From Candidatus Poribacteria bacterium (lineage in GTDB: Bacteria; Poribacteria; WGA-4E; WGA-3G), in assembly GCA_965197475.1 (NCBI GenBank), contig CBDANF010000003.1, forward strand, positions 128,001-192,000: a stretch of 64,000 nt of DNA. The letters run 5' to 3'. The stretch's first letter is position 1. Each line of letters opens with the position of its first letter. This document shows positions 10,100 to 19,642 of this stretch, piece after piece. Under the pieces are notes generated by a model. The model was given only the letters and a program-made list of their open reading frames with translations, was not told the origin of the DNA and did not search any database. Position numbers and translations under genes: made by a program.

Positions 10100-11254
10100 A
10101 TGGCAAACACATTGACCCAACAAATCCAGAATCGCGCACACGAACTCGGGTTTGAGCTTGTCGGTATTACCTCCGCTGAACAGAGTCAAACTATTGAACG
10201 CTACCGGCAATGGATTGAAAGCGGATATGCCGGTAAGATGGGTTACCTTGAAAGACACCTACCGCTTAAGGAAGATACCCGAAGACTCCTTAAAGAAGCC
10301 AAATCTGTTATCAGTCTCGCGATGAACTATTATACGTTAGATACACCTAAAGTTCTCGCGGAGGATCCTGGTCGTGGGCAAATATCTCGATACGCGTGGG
10401 GTGATGACTATCACGATGTCATTCGTGAACGTCTTTTACTGCTCGTTGAATTTATCAAAAACAGAGCTGAAACCGAACTCAAAAGTCGCGTTTTTGTGGA
10501 TTCCGGTCCGATTCTGGAAAGGGAATACGCCGAAAAAGCCAAACTCGGTTGGATAGGAAAAAACACCAATCTGATTAACTGGCGTTCAGGATCATGGTAT
10601 TTTCTCGCAGAAGTACTTGTGAGCATTGAATTGGAATCCGAATCCGAATCCGAACCTCTTCGCGGCAGTTGCGGCACCTGCACAAAGTGTATTGAGGCGT
10701 GCCCGACAGACGCATTTATTGAACCGAATTTGCTTGATTCAAGGTTATGCATCTCTTATTTAACAATTGAATTGAAGGACGGCATTCCAAAGGAACTCCG
10801 CCCCCAAATCGGAAACTTGATTTTCGGTTGCGACATCTGCCAAGAAGTCTGTCCTTGGAACAGCAAAGCGATACCTACAACTGAACCTGCATTCCAACCA
10901 CGCGATGGAAACCTTGCTCCTGAATTGCTAACACTCGTCGGCATGACACAAGCTGAGTTCAACAAAAGGTTTAAGGGGAGTCCTATCAAACGTGCCAAGC
11001 GGAGAGGTTTTCTTCGAAATGTTATTGTTGCCATCGGCAATTGGCAGTCACGCGCTGCTGTGCCAGCTCTTAAAAAAACTTTGACTGATGATGAACCCTT
11101 AATTCGTGGACATTCTGCGTGGGCATTAGGGCAAATCGGTGGGAAAACTGCTGAACAGGCTTTGAATACCCGATTAACATGTGAAACTGATTCTGAGGTC
11201 ATTTCAGAAATACAGGATGCGCTACAAGTCATAACTGATAACGACACACAATGA
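10100..11254 (+). CDS. queG: tRNA epoxyqueuosine reductase
   Basis: ISRYAWGDDYH, VDSGPILER, CGTCTKCIEACPT, CISYLTIE, FGCDICQEVCPWN and a HEAT-repeat tail. Confidence 0.96.
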   Translation: MANTLTQQIQNRAHELGFELVGITSAEQSQTIERYRQWIESGYAGKMGYLERHLPLKEDTRRLLKEAKSVISLAMNYYTLDTPKVLAEDPGRGQISRYAWGDDYHDVIRERLLLLVEFIKNRAETELKSRVFVDSGPILEREYAEKAKLGWIGKNTNLINWRSGSWYFLAEVLVSIELESESESEPLRGSCGTCTKCIEACPTDAFIEPNLLDSRLCISYLTIELKDGIPKELRPQIGNLIFGCDICQEVCPWNSKAIPTTEPAFQPRDGNLAPELLTLVGMTQAEFNKRFKGSPIKRAKRRGFLRNVIVAIGNWQSRAAVPALKKTLTDDEPLIRGHSAWALGQIGGKTAEQALNTRLTCETDSEVISEIQDALQVITDNDTQ

Positions 11255-11295
11255 AAACAATGTATACATTTGTTTGTACTTCACAATAACTAAAC

Positions 11296-12330
11296 CTATA
11301 CCCGCATCGCATTTTCGGAAATCCTTCCACTATCAAACCTGCCGCCAGTTTGCTCCAAATAGAGATGTGTTGTCAAAATTGCCCAGATGGGTGTAAAAAA
11401 AGCATGGATGAGAGTCTTGATAACAAGAATTACGCCTATTGTCCAAAAACTGGGTGTACCCCATAACGCCATCTTGATATTTCCAAAATTTATCTTTACA
11501 CTGTTATAGTTTATCCATGCATCAATACCGAAAAAGAGATGGAAAAATCGTCCAGACAGCAAACTTTCTCGGATTGGCACGAATTCAGGTTCTACAGTAG
11601 AAAGCAGTATCAACGATAGAGCAAATAACACACTAAGAAATACTGTGGATACCCATACAAGCAATAGATACCTTATAAAAAAGCCCCACCATCTGCCTCG
11701 AACAAGTTCACTACTTCGGCGAAACGCCTGAAGTGCCGATAGGTTTTCAATGATAATGCCTTGATTGAAAAGACTCCACCGCACCATAAAGTAAGATACG
11801 GTAAAAATGAAAACGAGTCCCATTACAAAAAATAGAGGAAAAGAATTAGTTGGCAATACAAACAATAAAGATAGAAGGAGAAAACAAATCGCTATGCATA
11901 GAAACAACACCAACAATAAGAAAGATGCACCAAAAATAGAACCAATTCTACGAAGCGTCCGTTGCCAAACACTTTGTACAGAAACATTCATATCACGGCA
12001 GAATTGGAATGTTGTAAGGACAAGCGGACACATTGTAAACCAAAGAAAAAATAAAATGAAGGACGAAAATGTAAAAGTGAATCTCCAATTCTGTATCGAT
12101 TCATAAGCAGTAGTCACAGAGAAACCTTCTGATGTACTAACAACCCATGAAGTGTTTGGAAAATTGTGGTAAAAACCGTTTAGCATCATAATATCACATA
12201 ATAAACTGATTAAGATAAGTGGCATCATCACTCGCCAAAATAGCCCTAAATGTTTTTGATATAACCTGAAAACACTGCTAAAAAGTTCAACAATTCCCAC
12301 AACGCACCTGTTTTCTATTAAACCAGTCAT
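11296..12330 (-). CDS. Multi-pass membrane protein (glycerophosphodiester phosphodiesterase membrane-domain-like)
   Basis: Hydrophobic; ENLSALQAFRRSSELVRGRWW motif; paralog of 24867-25991 and 26032-26910. Confidence 0.75.
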   Translation of the reverse strand: MTGLIENRCVVGIVELFSSVFRLYQKHLGLFWRVMMPLILISLLCDIMMLNGFYHNFPNTSWVVSTSEGFSVTTAYESIQNWRFTFTFSSFILFFLWFTMCPLVLTTFQFCRDMNVSVQSVWQRTLRRIGSIFGASFLLLVLFLCIAICFLLLSLLFVLPTNSFPLFFVMGLVFIFTVSYFMVRWSLFNQGIIIENLSALQAFRRSSELVRGRWWGFFIRYLLLVWVSTVFLSVLFALSLILLSTVEPEFVPIRESLLSGRFFHLFFGIDAWINYNSVKINFGNIKMALWGTPSFWTIGVILVIKTLIHAFFTPIWAILTTHLYLEQTGGRFDSGRISENAMRV

Positions 12331-12433
12331 TTCTATCCTCCAGGGCGTTCTGCCATCATCTCAATGTCAAATCCCTCTTTCCGACCTATCAATTGTCACA
12401 GCAAAGATTGAAAACTGGATGAACATCAACCGC

Positions 12434-13201
12434 TTATGATGTCTCTGATGTCTTTAGCGCGTAGACTTCCTCTAAAAATTTATCGTAACGGATAGCTCCA
12501 TCGCCTCCCATCTTTTCGGCAATGGGGCTGCCGATGGTTCGTGCAAGTTCAATACGGCGTACAAAGGAAAGTGTAGGGCATCGGGAAAGATATTCACGTA
12601 TCATACCTAACTCAGACTCTGTTACCAAGTCAGGTTGTATCCAGTCTGCATAGAGAAATTCCTGCGGTGAAATGTTGATAGGTTGAACAGATATTTTTGA
12701 ATTAACACCATTAAATTCTCGTTTTTTCCGAGATGTCTTAACCACAAGCGTCCCCGCAGCCAAGTCACCTAACCGTTGCCAATTCTTATTTATCAGCATA
12801 ACAAACAGACCTGCCCCATAGCAGAACGGGAGAAAATCAACCACCCGCACTAAATTTCGGATAGCCGAATCCGCGAAACTAATCGGGTATCCCCCTTCTT
12901 TAATGACGCGTAATCCGAGTGCCAACTTTCCAGGTGACTGACCATTCGTTGTAATCTCAAATACCATATAGTAACCCCATAAGATGGCGAAGATGACAAT
13001 ACCTCCAACCGCACCAAGCCATTTTCCAAGAATATCTCCAAGTTGTGTAATAAATTTGGTATTGACGTAAGTTCCGACAAATATAATGAGAACGAGTAAT
13101 AAAGTGTCAAGCAGTGCCGCATAGAAACGCGAACCGATACCTGCTTTTTGAAAATTAATATCAATCTGTTCCGGTGTTTCTATTGATAACTGTTCATTCA
13201 T
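12434..13201 (-). CDS. RDD family protein
   Basis: IETPEQI, AGIGSRFYAALLD, GQSPGKLALGLRV and QRLGDLAAGTLVV. Confidence 0.92.
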   Translation of the reverse strand: MNEQLSIETPEQIDINFQKAGIGSRFYAALLDTLLLVLIIFVGTYVNTKFITQLGDILGKWLGAVGGIVIFAILWGYYMVFEITTNGQSPGKLALGLRVIKEGGYPISFADSAIRNLVRVVDFLPFCYGAGLFVMLINKNWQRLGDLAAGTLVVKTSRKKREFNGVNSKISVQPINISPQEFLYADWIQPDLVTESELGMIREYLSRCPTLSFVRRIELARTIGSPIAEKMGGDGAIRYDKFLEEVYALKTSETS

Positions 13202-13382
13202 AGTTTAATATTTGTTTTGTATTGCTGAATATTGTAGGATTTTTTTGGCACGTTCAATAAGCGTTTAGTGCCCATACTCCAATTTCTCAATTGAAACCTA
13301 CATTCAATAACTATATTTTGGTTGAGGCGCACGACGATTTCGTGGTATATTAAAGTGAGTACTTTGCATTTGGAATTTATTT

Positions 13383-14207
13383 TTATTCCCATCGTGCCCA
13401 TGCATTCGGAGTGGTATAACCTTCGTCAACATAAGGATCATCACCTGAAACGATAACGACACCGCGATAATTACGCTGTCCCTTCCATCCAAGCCAAGAC
13501 GCTGTTGAGCAATAGTGGCTTACGAGAACGCGGCGATAGGTATTGCTCCGATTCTTTTTGGAACGATGCAAAAGGTAACCATTGAAAAACAAGACACTTC
13601 CTGCTTTCATTTCAATCGGAATTTCTTCGGAGTCGTCAAAACCGATAGCTTCGTGGCAGCTATCAAACTCGTCGCGTTTATTATGAGGATGTCGATCATA
13701 AATTACACCAGAACGATGACTGTTGGGTAGAACCCAGATACATCCATTGTCAACAGTAGCATCATCCAACGGAATCCAAGCCCCAACGAGCGAGCGATCA
13801 CGCGTCGGAATCGGATGTTCGTCTTGGTGCCAAGGATTTCCAGTGTGTCCTGGAACCTTACCCAACATCATTGACTGCATACACTTAACACCACCATCCC
13901 AAAATGGAATATGGGCACCGACGATTTCTCGGAGGATTGCACAGATTTTTGGATGTTCAACGTAACAGCGGATGAGTGGACTAAAGGTGTGCGGTTCACC
14001 GACACACATTATCCGATCTAAAATCTCAGTTTCAGTCGCATTTTCTGGTATAGATGGAATTGCTGCACACTCATAATCGCCCCGAAAGATTTTCAACATT
14101 TCTGATTTTAACGCTTCACATTCTTGCGGTGCAACGAGGTCTGGAACCAATAGATACCCATCGTTGATATATCTTTCTGCCCAACTTTCAGGAGATTGAT
14201 GCGCCAT
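13383..14207 (-). CDS. Phytanoyl-CoA dioxygenase (PhyH) family Fe/2OG dioxygenase
   Basis: WHQD, WIPLDDATVDNGC and LLHRS. Confidence 0.92.
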   Translation of the reverse strand: MAHQSPESWAERYINDGYLLVPDLVAPQECEALKSEMLKIFRGDYECAAIPSIPENATETEILDRIMCVGEPHTFSPLIRCYVEHPKICAILREIVGAHIPFWDGGVKCMQSMMLGKVPGHTGNPWHQDEHPIPTRDRSLVGAWIPLDDATVDNGCIWVLPNSHRSGVIYDRHPHNKRDEFDSCHEAIGFDDSEEIPIEMKAGSVLFFNGYLLHRSKKNRSNTYRRVLVSHYCSTASWLGWKGQRNYRGVVIVSGDDPYVDEGYTTPNAWARWE

Positions 14208-14310
14208 TTACGTGAGCACTCCTTTCATTATTTTAACATGCTTACTCATGATACCATATCTTGAAAGACATGTCATTTCAAATTCGGTGATAAGGTGTGT
14301 CAAGACTAAC

Positions 14311-14339
14311 TTGACATTTGTATGCGCGTGTGCTATTCT
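14311..14339 (+). promoter_or_regulatory. sigma70 promoter
   Basis: TTGACA-17nt-TATTCT with extended TG. Confidence 0.6.
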
Positions 14340-14368
14340 GTACTACACTGCACACAGGAGGTATTGAA

Positions 14369-14626
14369 ATGTCCGATCAAGATTTCCGAGAAAGAGTTCT
14401 TGAATCTTTGTCACGACTTGAGACACAAGCAAGAGAAAACAACGCACGTGTGGAGCAACGTCTCGATTCTTTGGATACCCGCGTCGGCACTTTGGAACGC
14501 GATGTCGGGTGGATAAAGGGGAAATTAGAAGGTAGTCAAGAAGGCAGCAGCAAAGTGTTGACTGTCCTCACTGTGTGTACTGCTGTCGGTGCAGCGATTA
14601 TTGCCCTTATTGCTCTGTTAACTTAA
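14369..14626 (+). CDS. Small coiled-coil protein with C-terminal membrane anchor
   Basis: SD AGGAGGT before ATG 14369; heptad pattern; hydrophobic C-terminus. Confidence 0.75.
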   Translation: MSDQDFRERVLESLSRLETQARENNARVEQRLDSLDTRVGTLERDVGWIKGKLEGSQEGSSKVLTVLTVCTAVGAAIIALIALLT

Positions 14627-14634
14627 GAGCACAT

Positions 14635-14704
14635 CGTAGGTTGGGTTGAGCTTGCGAAACCCAACAAAAATCAGCGCAATCTGCGAAATCCGAGATTCAG
14701 ACAA
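14635..14704 (+). repeat. GTAG-REP (family C) plus degenerate nonamer tail ending TTCAGACAAA; left arm of a long inverted repeat
   Basis: CGTAGGTTGGGTTGAGCTTGCGAAACCCAACAAAAATC matches the reverse complement of 18111-18148 at 37 of 38 positions. Confidence 0.88.
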
Positions 14705-14768
14705 ACTCACGACATCTCCATAATCCTGGAAATCCGATAATCCTGAAATCCTGGTTCAGACAATTCCC

Positions 14769-14797
14769 TTGACTCACACCCAAAAACCTGCTAACAT
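14769..14797 (+). promoter_or_regulatory. sigma70 promoter, probably giving a leaderless mRNA
   Basis: TTGACT-17nt-TAACAT with extended TG. The ATG is 6 nt downstream and there is no SD. Confidence 0.55.
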
Positions 14798-14803
14798 TTC
14801 CCC

Positions 14804-15540
14804 ATGCCGAAACTCAACCTAAAACCGACCCACAAACCGATCCGAGGCTACTACGCCACATTGCAACAATACCATCAGCACGATGTAACGCATGAAGGCG
14901 CAGTAAGTGCCCCTTTTGAAACGCTGCTCAACACCTGCGCCAGACAAGTGGGCGCAACGCTTATCCCACAATACGCCATGCACACCGCAACAGGTGACCG
15001 TATCGTGATTGACGGTGCCGTCTTAAACGAATACGGAATTCCCATCGGCTATTGGGAAGCGAAAGATATTGATGACGACCTTGACATAGCGGTGCAGCAA
15101 AAACGCGAAGCAGGCTATCCGCTTGACAATATCCTGTTTCAAACACCGGAACGCGGCATCTTGATTCAGAACGGACAGGTAGCACTGGACCTGGATATCT
15201 CTGACTCAGCACACCTTGTTGAGTCTCTCAAATATCTATTTGCATACACAGCACCCGCACTTGACAATTGGCAAACCGCGGTTACCGACTTCAGAGCGCA
15301 TGTCCCCGACCTCGCAAATAAACTTATGGAACTCATTGAGCAGCGGTATGAGATGGACCCAGCGTTCAAAAAAGCGTTTGCTGACTTCTACGAAATCTGC
15401 CGTACTTCCATAAACCCCGACCTCTCACGCCCCGCTGTTGAGGAGATGCTTATCCAACACATTCTCACCGAACGTATCTTTCGTACCATTTTTGAACGTT
15501 CCGATTTTGCGAGGCGGAACAATATGCAGTGGAAAAAAGT
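14804..15540 (+). pseudogene. N-terminal (nuclease) fragment of a Type ISP/IIG-like R-M enzyme
   Basis: Colinear with residues about 5-245 of 36664-39765 (HEGAVS, IDGA, YWEAKDIDDDL, EEMLIQHILTERIF), then stops abruptly. Confidence 0.88.
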
Positions 15541-15647
15541 TGTAACTATTTTTGGTAGATATAGTATAATATATGAATATGAATAGAGATAACTGAAAAG
15601 AAATTATAGTTGCCATAAGATGTTAGATTATCAATTGGAGGTGGCTT

Positions 15648-16565
15648 GTGTCAACACAAAAGGGCAATTTTAAAAGCATAGATCTTAACAAAGAAAGAAA
15701 AGTTAAGAATCGCAAACAAAAAGAAGCAGAACGTGGGAAGCATTATTACGCGAATGCCAACGACTTTAATAAAAAAAGTAATCCGTTGCCTGCCGAGTTT
15801 ACTAATAAAATTATCTGTGGTGACTCACAGGTCGTCCTCAAGCAGCTACCAGACAATTGTATTGATCTTATCTTTACTTCCCCACCCTACAACTTTGGAT
15901 TGGATTACGAGCAAACCGAAGATGCATTTGCGTGGGATTCCTACTTCAAGTTATTGTTCAGCATTTTTGACGAATGTATCAGAGTCCTAAAATATGGGGG
16001 TCGCATCATCGTTAACATTCAACCATTATATTCAGACTATATCCCAACACATCATCTTATTTCACAGTACTTCATGCGTAAAAAACTGATATGGAAAGGT
16101 GAAATTTTGTGGGAAAAAAATCATTACAATTGCAAGTATACTGCTTGGGGAAGTTGGAAAAGTCCATCAAGTCCCTATTTAAAATATTCATGGGAATATT
16201 TGGAAATCTTTTGCAAAGGGTCTTTGAAAAAATCGGGTGATCCGAAAAATGCAGATATTGACGCTGATTCTTTCAAAGAGTGGGTATATGGAAAATGGAC
16301 GATAGCACCTGAGCATAAGATGAAACAGTTTGGACATCCTGCCATGTTTCCTGAGGAATTAGCAAACCGAGTGCTGAAACTTTTCAGTTTCAAAGGGGAT
16401 GTCATTTTAGATCCCTTTGTAGGTGTTGGAACAACTTGTCTTTCGGCACTAATGAATCAGCGTCATTATTTGGGTATAGACATTTCACCCGAATACTGCC
16501 AAACTGCAGAGGATAGGCTACGAATCTTGATTAGTGCCCCTACATCTACAAAGTCTTGTTTGTAG
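15648..16565 (+). CDS. Type II DNA methyltransferase, beta class (probably N4-cytosine)
   Basis: TSPPY precedes HPAMFPEEL and DPFVGVGTT; SD GGAGG. Confidence 0.92.
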   Translation: MSTQKGNFKSIDLNKERKVKNRKQKEAERGKHYYANANDFNKKSNPLPAEFTNKIICGDSQVVLKQLPDNCIDLIFTSPPYNFGLDYEQTEDAFAWDSYFKLLFSIFDECIRVLKYGGRIIVNIQPLYSDYIPTHHLISQYFMRKKLIWKGEILWEKNHYNCKYTAWGSWKSPSSPYLKYSWEYLEIFCKGSLKKSGDPKNADIDADSFKEWVYGKWTIAPEHKMKQFGHPAMFPEELANRVLKLFSFKGDVILDPFVGVGTTCLSALMNQRHYLGIDISPEYCQTAEDRLRILISAPTSTKSCL

Positions 16566-16579
16566 ATAAGAACATTCAG

Positions 16580-17320
16580 ATGAACATCCAAATGAAACTT
16601 TTTGAAACAGACAATAATTTAGAATACGGGTCAGTTGACAATTTGGATTATGAGTCAATTGTAGATATGTATACAGATAGTATACATTCAATGTACACTA
16701 TGACTGCAGGACAAATTCGAGGGGCAAAGGGTGATCTTGTAGAAAATATAGTTGATGTTATTGTCAAATTGGCATGGCATGAAATAGGCGGTGAGGAGGA
16801 TCGATTAGATATAAAAAAACATACAGGAAGAATTTCTATTGATGAAGATTATGTAGAAGCCCTAACGCCTGAATATGTTAGAGATCACATTGAACAAAAT
16901 AAGGGTAAATATATTTGTAAAGTTGAACTTGATAGAGCGGTTGAGATAGACAATAAGATAATTTTAGGTATAGAATGTAAGTCGTATATAGAAAATGCAA
17001 TGTTCAAAAGAACTTTAAAAGACTTTGAATTGATCGTGAAACTGCTTTATCCAGATTTGCTTTTTTGTGTGTTTCAATTTGAAAATAGTTTGGGAGGGGA
17101 CTACGGAAAAGTAAGTGAACAAAAACAATTAGGAAGTGAATCAACACATACGTTACTTTCTCACACACCAGCGGTAGATTTAGAAATCATAACTCTTCTT
17201 GATGGTGATAGAAAATCGGATAGACCAATACATAAACGGGAATATTTCAAGGAACTTCCAGTGGAAAATATAGAAATTTGTGTAAATAAATTTAAGAATA
17301 TACTTAAACCTTTTGTTTAG
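16580..17320 (+). CDS. Type II restriction endonuclease, PD-(D/E)XK fold
   Basis: KGDLVE...ELDRAVEI...GIECKSY motif; AT-rich; directly follows the MTase. Confidence 0.75.
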   Translation: MNIQMKLFETDNNLEYGSVDNLDYESIVDMYTDSIHSMYTMTAGQIRGAKGDLVENIVDVIVKLAWHEIGGEEDRLDIKKHTGRISIDEDYVEALTPEYVRDHIEQNKGKYICKVELDRAVEIDNKIILGIECKSYIENAMFKRTLKDFELIVKLLYPDLLFCVFQFENSLGGDYGKVSEQKQLGSESTHTLLSHTPAVDLEIITLLDGDRKSDRPIHKREYFKELPVENIEICVNKFKNILKPFV

Positions 17321-17339
17321 CTGTAAACGCATAGACCGG

Positions 17340-18005
17340 GTATCAATCCTTCCCCTTCTACACCTACAACGAGGACGGCACAAACCGCCAAGAGAATATC
17401 ACCGATTGGGCACTTGCAGAATTCCGCACACACTACGGCGATGACACCATCAGCAAATGGGGCATTTTCCACTATACCTACGCCCTCCTGCATCATCCCG
17501 GCTATCGTGAGAAGTATGAGATGAACCTCAAGCGCGACCTGCCGCATATCCCAACCCCTCTGTCAAGGGGGGCGAGGGGGTTGCCGAAGATTTCTGGGGA
17601 TTTGCTAACGCAGGCGCGCAGTTGGCAGACATCCACGTTGCGTATGAGTTGCAGCCGAAATATGAGGGTCTGCGATATATAGAATCCTCAGACATGCCGG
17701 TAGATTGGCGTGTGGAGAAAATGAAGTTGTCTAAAGACAAAACGCAGTTGGTCTACAACGATTTTCTGACAATAGACGGTATTCCTGCGGCGGCTTATGA
17801 CTATCGGCTCGGTACACGTTCTGCGTTGGAGTGGAGTGTGGATCAGTATCGCGTCAAGGTGGACAAACGAAGCGGTATTGTGAACGATCCGAATCGTACG
17901 GAGCCGCAACAGCGGTATATTGTGGATTTGATTGGGGGGGTTATCAGTGTCAGTTTGCAGACGGTTGAGATTGTGGGAGCATTGCCGGAATTGGATACAA
18001 AGTAG
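17340..18005 (+). pseudogene. C-terminal fragment of the Type ISP-like enzyme
   Basis: FPFYTYNEDGTNRQENITDWAL...DWRVEKM...RSALEW...VISVSLQTV matches the C-terminus of 36664-39765. Frameshift at about 17580. Confidence 0.88.
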
Positions 18006-18026
18006 CAGGCACACTCCGTGTGCCGT
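18002..18026 (+). repeat. GTAG-type REP (family D)
   Basis: GTAGCAGGCACACTCCGTGTGCCGT; near copy on the minus strand at 42605-42629. Confidence 0.8.
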
Positions 18027-18040
18027 GTGCCGTCCGCCTT

Positions 18041-18148
18041 TTTTGTCTGAATCGCGGATTACACGGATTACACGGATTACACGGATTACACGGATTACAC
18101 GGATTACACGGATTTTTGTTGGGTTTCGCAAACTCAACCCAACCTACG
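18041..18148 (-). repeat. Nonamer tandem array (ACACGGATT)x6 plus REP family C; right arm of the inverted repeat
   Basis: Six exact 9-mers at 18061-18114, flanked by TTTTGTCTGAATCGCGGATT and the REP. Confidence 0.92.
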
Positions 18149-18181
18149 CACGATACTTGGATAAGGAATCAGGATCCATGT

Positions 18182-18953
18182 TCATTTTGGGACATCAAAC
18201 GCCATTACGGTAAGAGTAATTTCTTGATGCGGGTCATCAGGATAGGAAAAGATGAACTGGAATGATGTCTTAGAGCGTTGCCCTAGTTCATGCTTGAAAT
18301 GAGGGTGCTCCTTCGTCCTTAATTTAATGGATTTCAAAACTTCACTAAAATTGCTGTTTCGACTGAAAATGATTACTGCGACTTTAGTATCATGCCAGGT
18401 GCTATAGTTATCCAAAAGCTGATTAATTGCCGCTATTAGTGATTTGTGACCGTTCCAAAACTTGCATTCAGCAATAAAGATTTTTCTTCCTTCGTGTTGA
18501 ATCAAAATATCTGTTTTCCCATGTTTGTTATGTGTTTCTGCAGTAGCTTGCCCATTGTATTGAGCATTTAGTGGAACTAAAATATGTGATCGCAACGCCT
18601 CCTCTCCTATTTTAGAAAAAGTAGAAGGGTCGTGCTCCATAACCTGAGCCATATTCTCAATTGACTTAAGTATCTTTTCATATTGATCTTCGTCTTTGTC
18701 TGGTATGGATTTCCGATCATAATCAATTCCAAATGGACGTATAGGGTCACCTCCACTATGTACTATTACATTAAGTGTGCATTTGTCTCCACTATTGAGA
18801 TTTTCACTAATCTCAATAGCAAGATCCCCATCAAACTCGACTTCCATAGGTGTAGGACAATCGTTTGAACGAAACATAAATCTAACTCTGGGACTTCTGG
18901 GAATTGTCAAGTAATGGGTCGGTTGTTAGTTTGCCGGACATGCTGTTTGGCAT
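18182..18953 (-). pseudogene. PD-(D/E)XK nuclease-domain protein, probably frameshifted near its 5' end
   Basis: EEALRSHIL...GKTDILI...FIAECKFW. An ATG at 18953 with SD AAGGAG is out of frame with the main ORF (shift near 18912). Confidence 0.65.
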
Positions 18954-19246
18954 TTTTTTCTCCTTTTCAAGAGGATATACTATTACTATGAATCCTCTTA
19001 TGGTAACTCCACACATAGCGGTTAGGTCGCTGAGCAGTTCTCTACCAATACATTCTCACCTGTTATAATGGTGATATAAATTATAACGTTTCTTAATGGG
19101 TTTATCAAGGAAAACCAAATTTTCAGAGAAATTCAGCTTTATTCAGTACCCCTAATCCGTGTAATCCGCATAATTCGCGATTCAGACAAAATTCGTGAAA
19201 TCTGCTGAATGCCAAACGCGCATTAAACGTTGATTCAAACAATTAC

Positions 19247-19275
19247 TTGACAAACGAATCCATTTGTGTTAAAAT
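19247..19275 (+). promoter_or_regulatory. Consensus sigma70 promoter
   Basis: TTGACA-17nt-TAAAAT with extended TG. Confidence 0.65.
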
Positions 19276-19568
19276 TAATATCACATAACAATTGGAGGTT
19301 CGCCGACTTTTCACTTAATATCGCGCAGTAAAACCCGACAAAAGTAAAAAGAGAAAAAGAAAAAACACAAAAACACGTCCCATTCCTTGTACCGCTTAGC
19401 ATTAGCACGTCCGTGGGACGTGCAAAACGTCCTAATTACAACTTACAAAACGTCCTATATACAATGACAAAAACTTTACACACCCTCGTAAATCCGAGAT
19501 TCAGACAAAAAACTCTACAATCCTGTAAATCTGGAAATCCTGTAAATCCTGGTTCAGACAATAAGCAT

Positions 19569-19597
19569 GGCGAGGAAACCCAGAGACCTCGCCCTAC
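19569..19597 (-). repeat. GTAG-type REP (family E)
   Basis: Reverse complement GTAGGGCGAGGTCTCTGGGTTTCCTCGCC. Confidence 0.7.
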
Positions 19598-19642
19598 AAG
19601 TGATTTATGAGGTAGGTTGTATAAATTTTGGATAAGGACTAA

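Noticed and set aside
18061-18114. Possible CRISPR array
   Set aside because: Contiguous 9-bp units with no spacers and no cas genes.
17688-18265. ORFs with IRV/ITR/LHG tripeptide repeats
   Set aside because: Translations of the nonamer DNA repeat; no RBS or domain.
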